A program made the position numbers and the translations under genes. Under the pieces are notes generated by a model that was not told the origin of the DNA, did not search any database, and saw nothing but the letters and a program-made list of their open reading frames with translations. A stretch of DNA of 64,000 nucleotides from Obrimoposthia wandeli. Taxonomy: Eukaryota. Each line of letters starts with the position of its first letter. Within the stretch, counting starts at the first letter, position 1. The stretch is taken from NCBI GenBank assembly GCA_977020255.1, contig CDROCS010000228.1, positions 744,001-808,000 on the forward strand. The letters are read 5' to 3'. Shown here piece by piece: positions 61,933 through 64,000 of this stretch.

Positions 61933-62486
61933 TTGGATATTAAATCGCTATATAGTAAGCGTGAAGTTAACTGTTGCCGATATGGGTGTAAAAGAAACAA
62001 CAAACCATCACCCGAGACTGTATCCCATGCTATAGTAGGATGCTATAAAATACATCCCTGGAAAGTACAGAGGCACGATATAGTAGTTCGAGAAGTAAAT
62101 GCCTTACTTAAACTTGTCCTAAATGACGGAGATATTATTGGCATGGAGGAAACTACTACGGTAATGGATGACAGTGGCAATATTCAGCGAGAAGACCAGA
62201 TATTACGGTAAAAGGTAGAACCTACATCCACTATGTGGAAATTAACGTTCCCTTTGACAGTAATATGAGTCAAAATAATAGTTACAGCAAAGCAATTGAC
62301 AAATATCAGAATCTAGTCGAGACTACGCGGAAAGATAATAGTTACAAAATGGTAGAACTCTATGTTATTAGAGTAGGGACCCTCGGGTTCTGGAATACCG
62401 ACAACAACCAACATTTCCATGATTACAAATATTCAGCTGCAGAAAGAATCTCAAGTAAAAAATACGAATCTCAAGTAAAGTCATAG
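61933..62486 (+). mobile_element. 3' fragment of an RLE-clade non-LTR retrotransposon (R2/NeSL/R4-like), degenerate
   Basis: CCHC knuckle CRYGC...ETVSHAIVGC, then RHDIVV, REDQILR (PD-like), EINVPFD, IDKY and VGTLGFW; one stop and one frameshift. Confidence 0.7.
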
Positions 62487-63229
62487 AACATACTTGTGCC
62501 CAGTGGAATTGCTTTAGACTACGTGGAGTTTCAGAAACTGTGGATACAATACCTGATCGAGTAGATGCTGACTGCCGACAAGTTGGAGAGGATAGAAAAG
62601 GGGATGTATGTATTATAAAGATAAATTACCCATTTAAAATTTCTGACAAATTCTTTTTTGGAAGAAATTGAAATACCAGAAAATATAATGTTTACTTTTT
62701 CAATACTCTGGAAATAATCAGAAAATGCAGTCACAACCTGGATAACCACCAAGCAGTTTCGCACAAACAATCTCCCTGGAGATTCATCGGTCCTACATGA
62801 AGAAGAATACACCTTATTGCTATAAGTAATTTAATTCCCTGCATGTGTTTACTATGAATATAGTTTTCTTATCTTATCTTATCTTATTTTATCTTATATA
62901 TTGTACCAGCACTTTTCTTTAATTGGCATTTAATTCTGTCAGTTTTGTTTAAAATGTTTGGCAGTTTATTTAATTGATAAGATGAAATATCAAACTGCAA
63001 ATTTATAAATAGTTAGCCTTTTAAAAAATAGTTTGGTAGAAAATATTGTTCGTTATAATAGTTTTTTGTTGGGTCAATTTATAAGAAATAGTTAGTTTCA
63101 AAAAATAGTTTGGTAGAAAATGGTGTTCTTTCTAATAGTTTTTTATTCGGGTCACAACGTATGTAAGCGATCAACTTCGGGCCTGTGTACAAAACACTAT
63201 ATGAAACATACACGATTTCAGTCTAGCAG

Positions 63230-63510
63230 ACCAGTCACGCACCAACAACGTTTTGGAAGTATGGAAGAATAAGTTTCAAACACTTATTGTATATAATTAT
63301 CCTACAGTCTCAAAGCTCATTGAGTGTTTACAAGTCGAATGTTCTCGAGCTTCTATCATTCTTTTCGTAGATGAACGTGGTATCAGACCAAGAAAAATAA
63401 CAGATAAAGTGTACACTGAACTCCAAACAAGACTTCGTAATCTTTGTGAGGACAGGTCTTCTGAGTGCAAGTCCATCCATGATTTCCTTCAGGCGTTATC
63501 TACAACTTGA
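63230..63510 (+). mobile_element. Mutator-like (MULE) transposase C-terminal fragment
   Basis: RTNNVLEVWKNKFQTLIVYNYPTVSKLIECLQVE matches the MULE RTNN..E.W...F......P pattern. Confidence 0.65.
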
Positions 63511-64000
63511 GAGGTAGACAGTTAAACATCTAATTCTGATTGACTAATTGATTGCTATAAATATTTGATTGAACTGCGATATTTTGATTTTATATTTCCT
63601 ATAAAACAATAAAATGAACATTTTCTAAATTGACTCAAATATAAAAGTATCTAAAAGCTAACTATCTTATAAATGGACTCAAATATAATTTTTTTAAAAA
63701 TTGACTGAAATCTTTTTTTTTAACTAACTATTTCTTAAAAAATGATCAAAAACCCCTATTACAAAGAACAATAATTTCTAACAAAAATCTGGAAAGTACG
63801 AAACGTCCGTGTACCCATCAATTATAACAGTTTTTTTCACAAGGGTAACTAACTTTTGAACCAATTTAGCTATATTCTATTTATTCTATTTTGAAAAAAT
63901 TATTTCGTATTTAATGATTAACAGTGTCAGATAGATCAAGACGTTTCATGGATACACATTTTCCATTTTAAAAATATTTTTATACATATTTCTTTACTCT

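Overview
AT-rich animal (probably arthropod) genomic DNA. The left 28.4 kb is a cluster of three Polinton/Maverick (adintovirus-like) elements whose termini all share 5'-AGTAGGT...ACCTACT-3'. Element A (<1-16386) is a decaying autonomous virus-like element. On + it encodes a spliced TBP-like protein, packaging ATPase, core proteins, integrase-chromodomain, penton, a pVI-like protein, the major capsid protein and a spliced adenain protease. On - it encodes a protein-primed PolB with a spliced Zn-finger/acidic leader, a DEDD-type nuclease and a multi-exon SIM-containing disordered protein. A appears to be inserted into the left TIR of non-coding element B (visible 16387-20600). Element C (22111-28406) is a 6.3-kb, almost wholly palindromic non-coding derivative with a perfect 6-bp TSD (TCTCAC). 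Two titin/kettin-like Ig exons lie between B and C. The right part holds a BEL/Pao relic, a second Polinton gene relic, three exons of an unidentified host gene on the minus strand, two copies of a TA-flanked MITE and several degenerate transposon fragments. All protein calls come from motif recognition by eye; no database search was run.
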